Positions 13,563-27,152 of a stretch of DNA of 64,000 bases are shown one piece after another. Under the pieces are notes generated by a model that saw only the letters and a program-made list of their open reading frames with translations, searched no databases and was not told the origin of the DNA. Position 1 is the first letter of the stretch. Each line of letters begins with the position of its first letter. The position numbers and the translations under genes were made by a program. Origin of the DNA: Eledone cirrhosa (Eukaryota); the NCBI GenBank assembly GCA_964016885.1, contig OZ024747.1, forward strand, positions 15,748,001 to 15,812,000, given 5' to 3'.

Positions 13563-13740
13563 AATATATATATATATATAAATTTAGATAGATAGATTGA
13601 TCGAAATAGATAGGTATGTAGATATAGATAGATAGATAGATAGATAGAGGTAAATTAATCACTACAATTAAATTGTCCATATTTGCCCCCTCCCTCAATT
13701 CAGAAATGCTTCCATTGTATATATCTATCTATATATATAT

Positions 13741-14060
13741 ATCATCATCATTTCATTTTACGTCCGCTTTTTCCCTGCTTGCAAGGGTGGGACGGGAACT
13801 GATTCTGGCTTGATTTCTAACACCAACCTCATTTACAGTGAGTGATGTGTGCTTTTTTGCCGTGGCACCTCCACGACCACTTTGCAGTGGAATGATATGG
13901 ACCCCAGTCCCTATCATCTCATTTCTACAGCTGAGTAAAGTAGAGCAATGTGAAATAAAGTGTCTTGCTCAAAGAAACAACACATCATCGGGTCTGAGAA
14001 TTGAACTCACAACCTTTCGATTGCAAGGCCAATGCTCTAACCACTAGGCCATGTGCCTCC
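13741..14060 (-). mobile_element. tRNA-derived SINE (family B, CORE-like)
   Basis: Minus strand GGAGGCACATGGCCTAGTGGTTAGAG...GAGTTCAATTC followed by ctttgagcaagacactt. Confidence 0.7.
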
Positions 14061-14386
<326 letters not shown>

Positions 14387-15650
14387 TTTTTAAAAAATAT
14401 AATATGACATCGAATTTGTAATCCTTAAGGATTACATCAGGACTATATTCTGTAACAACAACTAAACTGTGAATTTTACCAATCATGGTCATTGTGAAAT
14501 ATACTGCTACTATTATTTTAACATTGTTATTAGTGAAGCTTCTAAATAGCATGTCGGTAGGGGTTGATTCTGTTATTATATAGATGATAATAGTTAGGTT
14601 TATATTCTTCTTTGATGTTACTACTTTTCTTTTGTGAGATAATATAATCTTTTTGTGATATTTAATACAAGATATTATTTCTTTTTCTTTATATATCTAT
14701 GCTGCTTTGTATTTGCATGCAATGTTTGATGTCCTACTAATTTATGTAGTTTTACAAAAAAACTCTAACAGAAATGTTTTTCTCCATTTTAACCTACGGG
14801 GGACTATTAATACCTTTCAACACATCGTACTTGCGTTGAATAATAAGCAAGATAATAACTTCTATTGCCGTTGTGAATTCGCTTTCTTAACACCATACTG
14901 TTATTCAATCACGTTGTGAACCTTTTCCTGTTGAGAGGGTTCTGAGGTTCTGCAAGGTTCAGTTAAACAGCAAGTAACCTAAATGCATATAAAATGTATT
15001 CATGGAGGCGAGAGTGGCAACATTTTAAACACCTTTTATCATTTAAGTATACTAAATTGTGAAATGGGTCACCTTTATATAAAGAAAGGTTGAGATGGAT
15101 ATTCAAAATAAAAATAAAAAATTGATAGCATATATACAGCGATCAAACATATATGTTAGTTTTTGTCGGTAAGGAGAATTATAGTTGTCTCCTCCGATTT
15201 GCAAGTGATATATCCTCAGGCATGTTACATTTTACTTTTCGAATTAAGCCTGTAGCCGTTGAAACACGTCTCCTTCTCCCGTGGCGTGGCGTTCAGTCGA
15301 TAATCCAAAACAGCAATTTTGAAGTGTGACTATTTCAATGTGGAGGTTGTGATGGGGAATATAACGCTCTAGGATATTGTGCATTATATGGCACAACTTT
15401 AAAATTTGTTAAATGCAAGATACTAGAAAGAGATCATATATAAGATGGAATTGGTATTCAATGGCAAACTAGAAATTATAATAAAAGAATGAACAGCAGG
15501 TGGTAGGGTATGAATCAATGAATACTTTCAAAGGTATGGGGAACATTACTCCTTAGCTTTAAATTTCGTAGAGCAACTATATAATCAATTCAATCGTCTC
15601 CACATAACCCCCCCCCCCTCATCACCACAAACACCCACCCACCCTGCGCG

Positions 15651-15715
<65 letters not shown>

Positions 15716-15949
15716 ATATTTTATATTTGGTGATGGTCATGTTGCAAGTATGACCAATCACAAAAGCACGCACCATACGATTTTTCACTTTGTCTTTATT
15801 ACTATTTATTGATTAGTTTGTCAAAGTTCTTTCGTTACACAATCTGTGCCCTCCTCAATGGTTATCTGTTCTCTTCTGTGCTTGCGCCCTGTCTAGTCTT
15901 AAACAAGGCAACGGTATATATAGGAGAGATAGCTCGTATCATAGAAGAA

Positions 15950-16125
15950 ATAATGGTTTCTACTTTTGGCACAAGGCCAGCAATTAGCCCAGTGCATTAC
16001 TGGTACTTTATTTTATCGACTCCGTAAGGATGAAAGGCAAAGTTAACCTCGGCGGGATTTGAACTCAAACAGAAAAGGGCCGTAACTCTATGTTGCAAAG
16101 CATGGTGTTCGACCCTCTTCCAACA
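15950..16125 (-). mobile_element. SINE family A
   Basis: Reverse complement of the family core (aggatgaaaggcaaagttaacctcggcgggatttgaactc). Confidence 0.8.
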
Positions 16126-17516
16126 TCTTATTGAGAGAGAAAATTAAAAAACATTGGCGAGAAGTTAAGGGGGAGAAAATAAAATGCACATCATCTCCGC
16201 CAGTATTGAATGCTCAATTAATTAATGTTTAAATATTCTAAATATTTTATTTTTACCAGATTCTAGATTAATGAAATTGTAGATACTTTTGAAAGGAGGA
16301 TATATACGAACTGGAATGCTTGCTAGCTCAGCGATGCCGTGAAACTAAAAGACATGAAGAATATCTACAACTTCAGCAAACCAGCTTGGTGAGTATGATG
16401 ACTATCTCAGAAACTGCGACATGAAGAACAAAAGCTGCCAAACTTCATCCAATAGTGTGTATATGAACATGTGCTTCTATATATATATATATATATACAT
16501 TTACATATTTAGGTTTATACACACGAGTAACGTATATTCTTACTTGAAACTTGGCCATCAACAACTAGACCTACCATTTTTGAGATTTAAAACTTAACAC
16601 ACCAAGTTAAAAGTTCAATTTCAATTTCAATTTTCTCACCGAAAGATACATTTTTCGCACTTAACAATGTGTTAACAGAAAACAGATCATTTCCTTGTGT
16701 CAAAACATGATATTTACTTATCGCAGAAAATAACCACCATAACTATTTGAAACAGTACACAAGAAAAAAAATAATGTAAAATATCTAATTTCCTCTATCC
16801 AGTCCTGACGAATATACAAATTTGCCAACAAATTTGAAATGTATACTCTTCGTTTTGTCTTTATTCATTCATCTTCCTTTTTTTTTTCAGTTATCTAGGC
16901 CATTGATCTTTACCCTCTCCTCGAACTTTCTTTGTATTTTAACCCTTCTTGTTCATTATTTATTTATTATCTTGGTGTATGAAGAATATAACGAGAGTAC
17001 AAGACTTGTTATATCACATATATTATTAGGAATTCAGCATGGCTGTCGTAATCTAGTAGAGATTATTGATTCGCTTTTGATTTGATTGTAGCAAAGATTG
17101 CTGTTGTCCGATTGCTAAGGTTCAGTTGGTGGGGAAGATGGGCAGTTGTTATTTTATTTGTGTTGTTGTGTTACTGTGTCTGTTTCTAGGAGTAGGGGAG
17201 AGGGGGTTTACTTCCTATCGCTGATTATTTACAAAATTCAGCATCCGCTCTTGACAATTCGTTGTTAGAAGCAGCAAATAAAGATGTGTTGTACGTGTAA
17301 TGACCTCCATGCTAGTCGGAACGTGCAAACATTGTTTACTCATTTTACAGATCAATTTCCCTCAAATAGGAAGAAGACCGTGCAAAAACGACACTTTATC
17401 AACTACATATTTAAAACATATTCGCCCGGTTCATCAAACAATTTCTCCTTCACTTTCTTTTATATTCAGTTATTTGTGTGTGTGTGTATGTGTGTGTGTG
17501 TGTGTGCGTGTGTGTG

Positions 17517-17556
<40 letters not shown>

Positions 17557-17589
17557 TGTGTGTGTGAGTGTGTGTGTGTATATATATAT

Positions 17590-17621
<32 letters not shown>

Positions 17622-17703
17622 GTATATATATATATGTATATATATATATATGTATATATATATATGTATATATGAAGATATATATATATACATATATATA
17701 TAT

Positions 17704-17781
<78 letters not shown>

Positions 17782-19959
17782 ACTGTTTTCTACTTATATT
17801 TCGTTTCATTTCCGTATTGATGTTTCACTTACTCGCATTTTCTATCTGTGTAATTCTTTATATTTCACGTTTTTGAATTTGAAGTATGAAACAGAAATTG
17901 CAACAATATCATCTATTCATTGTCCTTTTCTGTCAGTATTTATTATTTCTGTATTTATTTCTATTTAATTGTCAATGATTCAGTAGTTTCTAATTAACTA
18001 ACTTCCTTTCTTGTAAAATATAATGTTCCTTCCACTCTCACCCCATCACATCTTTCAGCCATTGAATGTAACTATTATATTTCTTCTAAATTTGATTATA
18101 TGATAGTATCAGATTCTTTTCTCTTTTCCACGATATTATATGCAACGATTTGCCCTAAAATCTACAATTACTTATTAATTTTTACACTTTCCATGGCAGA
18201 TAGGTTTTCAGAATAGCGAAAAACATATGACTGAACATTTAGTATCATCTCCTCTATGTTCTGTGTTTAAATACCCGTCACAGTAAACTGCATTTCATTT
18301 CCGTCATGGGAATACGGGTCAAAGTGTGTTAGATAGTAATGCATAATATTCGCCAATACATATCACATTTCATCTAGGAGCCATTCGGGAAGATCTACGA
18401 AATCCCCGTAGAAAATCATCACGTTGAGTTATTGTTATGCTACTTGCCTGGAGAAAATTAACCACCCTCTATAATATAGAGGGTGATTATTTTCTCCAGA
18501 TTATATATGGTTAGGAGACAGTCATATATGATGACGCAAGAAGACTATGTAATAAAGATGATGAATTACTTTCAACAAAATTTATGAACCCACAAATCTC
18601 AAGAAAATACTCACACGAGGACAGCTGAATGAGTATCGTCAGAGTATGAGTGAGAAAAATGTGTTATATGTGCAATTTGCAATTTTCTATCTATTGTGTA
18701 AGAGATTTCGCTCAGTGATTTTTGAATCTTTTGATAATTATCTCATACACTCATTCAACATCATTTATTTTCTTTCCTTTCTACATTGAAATATGTGTTG
18801 TATTAAACAGCACATGGAATATTCCCTTGCTCTCCACTAACTAGTGACACTCTTCTTTCCCCGCGCCACTTCAACAGAATGGCCAAAATATTGTTTACAC
18901 CCTTTAGCGTGTATTTTCTCGCCTTATCTGTCTGCAATTTTCCTCGTTCCTTCATTTATCCAACCAACATTCTCTTTCATATTCTCTTATATTTCTCCTC
19001 TTTTTCTTATGTTGTCCTATTTATTCTCTTTGATACACATCCTTGTGTGTGTTGTCAAATTTGCTTCATTGAACTAAACATCTCGTAATTCGCCGCCGCC
19101 TTCCCAGCCCCCGTCTATTAACAACCATTGCTTTATTTGAAGTAAATATGCGTGTGAAAATGTGTCCTTATTTTTATCTGCACCTGCTCAATGAAAAATA
19201 GTGATTTTCTTTTCTCTTTTTCTCTTTCGCTGTTTCTCCGAAAATGTTTATATTATAGTCCTTACTAAACACTTTAATTGTTATAATTTATTCTCTTCAT
19301 CCCCTTTTCTTTATCCAGCTTCCCTCGTATATTTCAATTCTATTTACTAGTTAGATTAAAGGCTTTGTTTTGCATTGTCATTATTTATGTTTCATGTATT
19401 ATACCTCTCACCATTGGAACTACACATAGAACTGCATTTTTCTTTTTTTCTTTTCTTAAGTTCATTTTAAATGGGTAAATCATAAAAGAAAGAAAGAAAG
19501 TGAAGTTATTTGCAGATGTTTCAATGTATTCGAAAATACAGAATGTTATTATTATTTTGTTTTTGTTGTTTTCGAGAGTGGGAGTGCCGTAGCATATTAT
19601 GAAGATAGAGCTAAGAAATGTAAAATGATGTACAAACATTTAAACTATTAAAAGTTAATCATCCATAACAATAGATGTATAATAAAACAAAGAAAAACTG
19701 TAAACAATATCCTGTCTGCCCAATCAACCACAAAAAAATGCTATCCCCTCCATTGCTTACTCCTTATTAAAAAGCTAAAATAGTAGTTGTAAAAACAAAA
19801 ACAGCAACCCACGAGGGTCGGATCAATAACGATGTTCCTAGTTTAGGGGAATGCATTTAAAATTATTCATCCAGATTAAGTATTGGTTTTTCCGGTGTTA
19901 TGCGATAAAGAGTTGTAGCAGTTATATGATTTTCAAGTTTTCAACCTGTGTTGTATTAA

Positions 19960-20088
19960 ATAATTGTTTCTACTTTAGGCACAAGGCCAGCAATTACCCA
20001 GTGCATTACTGGTTCTTTATTTTATCGACCCCGTAAGTAATACACAGACTAATTGTGGCCTTGTGCCAAAAGTAGAAACAATTATTAT
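19960..20088. mobile_element. Two SINE family A 3' fragments in inverted orientation
   Basis: taattgtttctactttaggcacaaggcc ... ggccttgtgccaaaagtagaaacaatta. Confidence 0.7.
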
Positions 20089-21295
20089 TGATGTTGTTGT
20101 AGTTAATTTTATTATTGCTGTAAATGTTATTTATTGAGTCTTAACGTTGTGATAGTTTACCCGAACTTGCATTATCAATTGTGGTCGTTATTTTCACACT
20201 AGGGAAGATGAGATTTAAGGGGCATTCAGCTACTACATCTAGTAGGTAGGGCGATATTTCATATGTTGATTCGCCGGCCAATCAAGTAGTAGTTATATAA
20301 TTTGATAGACTTTGTTGATGAATTCATAAATTTCACAATACAATGTTTCTTGTGCATCACCAACATAAAATAAAATTCATTTTAGAAATATAAGCGGATA
20401 TTCTAGAGCCAAGCTTATCTCATCAAGATTTGGTTTTTGTCTAGGCTGATTTAACAACACATTACACGTACTATTGTCTCCATTGCGTAACCTATGTACT
20501 TCATAGACACTGAGGAGCCTGGAATTTAAATATGGGTTATATATGTAAATTCTCAATAAGAAATCCTTAAATAGGCCATGGCTATCGAGCTAATCTCCTG
20601 AGAAGCGACAATTTTATAGGCACTTTGTTGTTTATTGAACTTACGCCTATTCTACAAGGGATAAAATAAAAATATTAGCAACAAACAGGCAATATACAAA
20701 TAGAAACATAAATATTTAAAAAAATAAAATGCTATCTCATTATCTTACTTTATAAAATATATGAACATTTCCCGTGTACAAAAACATTATGTTTATTTTC
20801 CTGTCGTTTTTTAGTAATTTTTCGTTTTCGTTTTTTCTCTATTTTTTCTCTCGCTTCTACATAATTGCCCCCCGCGTACTAGAGAACAAATTTGTCGATT
20901 TAATTATATGAAGGCATTAATCTTTAAGTAACATGAACAAATTATCAGATTAACCACTATCAATGCTAAAGCTCAAAAGGTTTGAGATATTTTTGTTTGG
21001 GTTTTTTCTTATTTAATACATATATGGTATTTTCTGTTTTTATTCATTTTTAAATGAAAACATTTTAAGTGAATATTTGCTGTGTATGACTTTAAACAGT
21101 TTCAGTTTGATGACTCTGGAAGTGTGTGTGTATGTTTCAGCACGTGTATGCACGTGTCTTAGGCATTGTATATCTCCCACTCCCAAGAATCTCGCTCGCA
21201 TTTATTCTCCATCTATGTAACCATCTCTTTTCCATTTCTTATCCTTTGCTCTGTCTTTATACGTAGGCGCATACATACACGTATACAAATAATAT

Positions 21296-21298
21296 ATG

Positions 21299-21374
<76 letters not shown>

Positions 21375-21441
21375 CATATATATATACGTACACAAGCATT
21401 TATTTATATATCTCAGTAAATAGATACATTATATATATGTA

Positions 21442-21500
<59 letters not shown>

Positions 21501-21563
21501 ATATGTATATATGTATATATGTATGTGTATATATATATGTATGTATATATGTAAATATATATA

Positions 21564-21609
<46 letters not shown>

Positions 21610-21669
21610 GGTATATATATATATATATATATATGTATATACATATATATATATGTATATATATATATG

Positions 21670-21733
<64 letters not shown>

Positions 21734-21745
21734 CATATATATATG
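21296..21745. repeat. Degenerate (TA)n/(TATG)n microsatellite tract
   Basis: Direct reading. Confidence 0.9.
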
Positions 21746-23343
21746 TGTGTGTGCTTGTGTGTATGTATATATGTATGTACATACGGATATATGCGAGTAG
21801 AGTATGTATTTGCAGATACATGTGTTCGAGTAGGCGTAGCTGTTACCAAGTCAGTAATACAACAAAAATATGAAAAATATAATATGTCAGATAACAAATA
21901 ACCAATTCATAATAAAGATTATCTTTTGTATGTTAGTATAGACGAAAAACAGGAAGTAAAATGTTTACTTTACTGACTTATTTTTGGCTTTTCTCTTTTT
22001 TCTTTTTCCTTTTTTTCATCATTAATAATTGATCTGTCGATTGACGATAAATTTTTGGCCGCCATTTTAGTTTTACATTTATTGCGCTTTATGGGAGAGA
22101 TAATTGCTATTGCGTGCTTGTCTTTGCCTTTGATTTGCCTGAAGTGGAGCGATGTTTCAGGAAGAGATAGTGTTAAAAAAAGGGGAGGATGGCACGGTCA
22201 GCGTGCTAACTTCAAGAAAATGAAATGATACATTAACTATGGGTAGATCTTATTTCCCGCCTGGATTAATGAACACAACTTCCATTTATTATTAGATCCA
22301 CACATAGAGAATATAAAGTGGTTTACGTATGATAAAAAGTAGTATTAGTTTAGAGTTTGTTTTTATTGATTTATATATATATATATATATGTGTGTTCAT
22401 TTTCTTTTATTTTCGGGGTAGGAGGTTCTATGTGTTATTCCCACTCTTCTTCTTCTTCTTCTTCTTCTTCTTCTTCTTGTAATTGTTGTTGTTGCTGTTG
22501 GACTTCTTCTTCTACGACGTCGTCACATTCTTCTTTCCCTTCTTGTTCAGTATACGCAAAATCTAGTTCTTCTTCTTTTCCCTATATGCTCACTACCTCT
22601 CCCTCATCATCATCATCATCATCATCATTGTCGTCGTCATCATAAGCGCCACCACCACCACCACCACCACCACCACCATCCTTATATTCCTATTCATTTC
22701 CACTTCTCTCGGTTCCTCTCCTTTCACATCTGTAAGAATGGACTAGCTACACGTCGTAGAATAGTCGCATTATAACAAATTTGAAATCATAAAAAGAAAA
22801 ATTAGCAGATGCACAATTAGCTATTAATTGAAGCGATAATAGAAATCTATTAATTTTGTTTTGGAACATTCCTTCGTTTATATGGCCTTTTAACAAAACT
22901 CTTCTTCTTCTTCTTCTTTTTCTATAATTATTGTTGTTCTTGTCGTTATTATTGTTGTTCTTGTGACTGTATTGCTGTTATGTGCGAGGTTGTGAGGTGG
23001 TGGGCTCGGGCTTGTTCTGTGTTGTTTCTTCTCCAACACTATGGATTCAGTGAAATGTGAGAAAATCGGCAGAAAAAGAGCAATGATGAATGAATAGAAT
23101 AAATACGGAAAAAAAACACACCAATAACAAGATTAGCGGCAACAACAGTAGCAACAACAGCAAAAACAACGACAAAAGTAACTGTACTAATAAAAACAGC
23201 AGAATAACAAGTGAGATGAGAGAAAAATAAAGAAGAGATGTAGCGATCGGAAAAAAAGAGAATTTGAGAGAAGGAGAGAGACGGTGAGAAAGAGAGAGAT
23301 GGGTGAGAAAGCGAGAGTGTTGCGAAAGAGAGAGATGGTTGAG

Positions 23344-23459
<116 letters not shown>

Positions 23460-23789
23460 TAATATGTTTAAAAGAAAGTAAGATGAACAATCAAAAGAAA
23501 AAGAAAATCATATAAAACGAAAGATGAGATAAGGGGAGGATACTAGAGGGAAGTAAACAAAAACTGAAGGTAACAAGAAATGTAAGAAAAGAGATGATCA
23601 TAGAGGTATTATGAGTGTAGACAAAACACTGCTGAAATGGTATTCATTTGTATAAACCAGCAGCTGTCGATGACAAACATCACTCATCGGTGCATGGCAG
23701 GTGATGTTTGGTCCAATGCTTTCCAGGAACTCTTGAGAGAGAGAACTCTCAAAATAAAAATATTAGATAAAATATAAAGAGTGAAAGAT

Positions 23790-23832
<43 letters not shown>

Positions 23833-23897
23833 TGGTAGTAGTAGCAGTAGTAGTAGTTGTAGTAGTAGTAGTAATAGTAGTAGTAGTAGTAGTAGTA
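23790..23897. repeat. (GTA)n microsatellite
   Basis: Direct reading. Confidence 0.95.
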
Positions 23898-24169
23898 ATA
23901 AAAAGAAGTTGAACATGATAAAGAAGATATATGTGCATGAGAAATCTATAATGGGTTACAAAAAAAAAGAAATAATAATCAACATTATCATCAACACTTA
24001 ATAATAATAATGACGATAACGATGATGATGATAATCATAATTTTCTTATTAGCTACACAGGGCTCACATTAAGAAAACATTGAGGACGACACAGGACGAT
24101 GCGCGGTAATGCTTTTTGCATGTAAATGTATTATAACCAAATAAAAACACATGTAAAAAAATACTTAAC

Positions 24170-24590
24170 TTGAGCACTGCCAATCTTGGGATTTCTGGAA
24201 GTTATCCATGAACCTTGACCGAAAGTCTTCTGGGAAAGTTTGGCTAGTTGATTCTCGTCGACGCCCAGATTCTCCCTAAGAACGTCGTCGCTTTTACCCT
24301 AACTCTAATCCCCTATAGAAGGCCCGCCGCGTTGGAGTTTCCATCGGTCGTACTACCCGATTAGTAGAAGACTTGATGCGCTTGACGATATTCCACCTTA
24401 CAAGCATTCCCTCCCGGTCTTCACTCGACACGGGACTGCGACTCTTTAAAAAAGACGGGCTGTCGAAACAGGCGTCTACCAAACCTCTGACCATTTGCGC
24501 CAGGGCGCGTTTATTTCATCAGACGGTATCCAAAGTATATTGGGTGTTTCGACACTTAACCGATACCCCCTCCTGTTGGTAGTAAACACA
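24170..24590 (-). mobile_element. GC-richer decayed non-LTR retrotransposon fragment (possibly L1/Tx1-like ORF2)
   Basis: Composition shift and broken coding-like frames (RRAFYRGLELG..SDDVLRENLGVDE); family assignment is inference. Confidence 0.4.
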
Positions 24591-24863
24591 CACATGCACA
24601 TATCAACCCCTATCCATCATAGTAGAGTTCGTTCCCTGACATAAGAATTCCACCATGTGTCCTTAATTGGCCAATGAGTATCGTTTATCATCAAAACATA
24701 AACCTTCATATTTAGAATACATAGCATTGCGCCACTCAGGTTTGCCTACAAGAACGAGTAAATGTGCTATTTTTTTATGTACGTGAAACTTTGCGTAATG
24801 CAATTTCTGAGTTGAAATGTTAATACACCAAATCACCAATCCCCCGCTTATATATATAATATA

Positions 24864-24923
<60 letters not shown>

Positions 24924-24927
<4 letters not shown>

Positions 24928-25116
24928 TTAATATAGATGAGATTCTACAGGACTAGAACTGTTTCATTCATTAGAAATCATCAGGAATCCTGATGATTTC
25001 TAATGAATGAAACAGTTCTAGTCCTGTAGAATCTCATCTATATTAAAACTGTTATACTCTGCTATGTATTGAGTACCTTACTTACTGTGGTTACCTCCGA
25101 TTCAACCCGGAATAAC
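24924..25116. mobile_element. 127-bp palindrome (24924-25050) containing hammerhead motifs on both strands plus a unique tail; Penelope-type inverted terminal-repeat insertion in (TA)n
   Basis: Arms are exact reverse complements around 24987; the tail recurs reverse-complemented at ~63832-63905. Confidence 0.8.
24941..24990 (-). ncRNA. Type I hammerhead ribozyme motif
   Basis: GGATTC-CTGATGA-T-TTC taat GAA-T-GAAAC-AG ttctagtc CT-GTA-GAATCT; stems I and III pair, GUA site. Confidence 0.72.
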
Positions 25117-25194
<78 letters not shown>

Positions 25195-25199
25195 GTACA

Positions 25200-25244
<45 letters not shown>

Positions 25245-25255
25245 GTACATATATG

Positions 25256-25316
<61 letters not shown>

Positions 25317-26154
25317 CTATCTGTGTGTACATACATATATATACTTAAATTTACATACACACATATATACATACATAAATACATACATGATAAGTGAAGA
25401 AATTCATCATAAGTATAATTGCCCTTTTTTCCCCCGTTTTTCAGCTTACCGTAAAATATTACTTTTCATAAAGTATACCTTTACGTTAAGCTTATCTTAA
25501 ATATATCGCTTTTGCTGTGGATTTGTCCCAGAAGACGCCCACCCACGAAAGGAAGAGAAACAAAAGTAAAATACATTAGAAAGCAAGCTAAATGATGAAG
25601 AACAAAAGATCTTAAGCGTTATTCAGTTGAGGGCATGGATGTATAATTGTTTCTAAAAGTGTATATATCGTTACATAAAATGTTGAAAATAAAGGAAAAG
25701 GGAAGAGCAAAGGAAGATAAAAAATACAGAAACAAAAATGATGAAAAAAATTAAACGATAAAAAATACAGAGACGAGAAATAATTTGGTTTGCAGCACCC
25801 TGAAACAGACTGGAAAACATTTGTCATAATATGTCATGTGTAGAATGATGAAAGGGGATTAGGGTATTAGTCAACAATGTATGAATAGTACCAGACATTA
25901 GAGGCATCTATATATATATATTTATATATATATATATTTATATATATATATATATATATATGTGTGTATGCGAGTTTCGAATGTATATATGTTTGGGTGT
26001 GTGAATGTGGATGCGTATGGATGCCAACACACATCCATTTAAAACGTAACTTGCTGTATAAAAAGGATTTTATGTTAGTATTTGGTGGAAATATACAAAT
26101 TGTTTCGGCTTGTTGCTATACCCTTACGAATATGTTGTCAGAGTTACCTTAAAT

Positions 26155-26690
26155 ATCATACGTGTCCTCAAATATCTCTACCGTAAAGAATCGGACACGG
26201 ACGGTGCCCTCTCTAACGTGCAGGACCACCGGAGCTGGCCACCTCCTAGTTGCATCGCATGGAATGGAGAAGGCGTTGCCACAGATGATAGCAAATGAGA
26301 CGCGGTGCAATAGCTATTCCAGCTCGTGGGCCTCGCACGTACATGTGGCTAGTTCCTCCTCGATATTAGTGAGTAGGGAGGTTGTCAGAGAACTAAGATT
26401 ACCTGAAAGCTCCAACATATGGTAATACGACCGATAATTCAACAGCTTGCGATCTTCAGCTTGTCGGGTAGCGAAGCCTCAACGAATCACCGAATTCACC
26501 GAATTGCGGCTCGAGAAAGTACCATCGCATATTGTGTCATAGATGAGGGTCTTAACACAGTAAATAGGGAAGGTCATGATGCACTCTGTCTAGTCCCACA
26601 CGTTCGAGCCGTGAAGGGAGGTCTTCAGATTCTAAGCCATGATTTATGATCTCGTTCAGAAAGGCATGGTGGCGAAGGAACACTGCTTTT
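26155..26690 (-). mobile_element. Decayed non-LTR retrotransposon fragment (L1/Tx1-like, tentative)
   Basis: GC-rich island with broken ORFs in AT-rich background. Confidence 0.35.
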
Positions 26691-26741
26691 AAGGCTATGT
26701 ATGTATTTATATATGTATGTATGTGTATGTATGTATGTATG

Positions 26742-26820
<79 letters not shown>

Positions 26821-27152
26821 ATAATAATAAATATGAAGACTAAGATCCAAAGATTCTTTGCTTAAACTTTAATCTGTTATTTTAATAAATATATATATTC
26901 GCCTCATTCGGGAAACCTCTGGTAATGAGGTAATAATATTGTATTGATTTTATACATTAAATTTTGCTCTGACACTGACATAGAGCACTCTTCATTTCTA
27001 TGACCTTTTCTGTTTGTAACTGAAATTTCAATACTTATAAAGCTCCCAAGGGAATGATCGTAGCATATTCTACATCGTTATGAGATTGGCACCTTCCAGC
27101 CCTTTTTAAGTCGAGCACTCTCCAGTCATAGGATTTTAAACCAATACCGAAT

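Noticed and set aside
14404-14445. Hairpin tgtaatccttaaggattaca next to a minus-strand CTGATG
   Set aside because: Both core strands deviate (CTGATGT, CAAA); not supportable as a ribozyme
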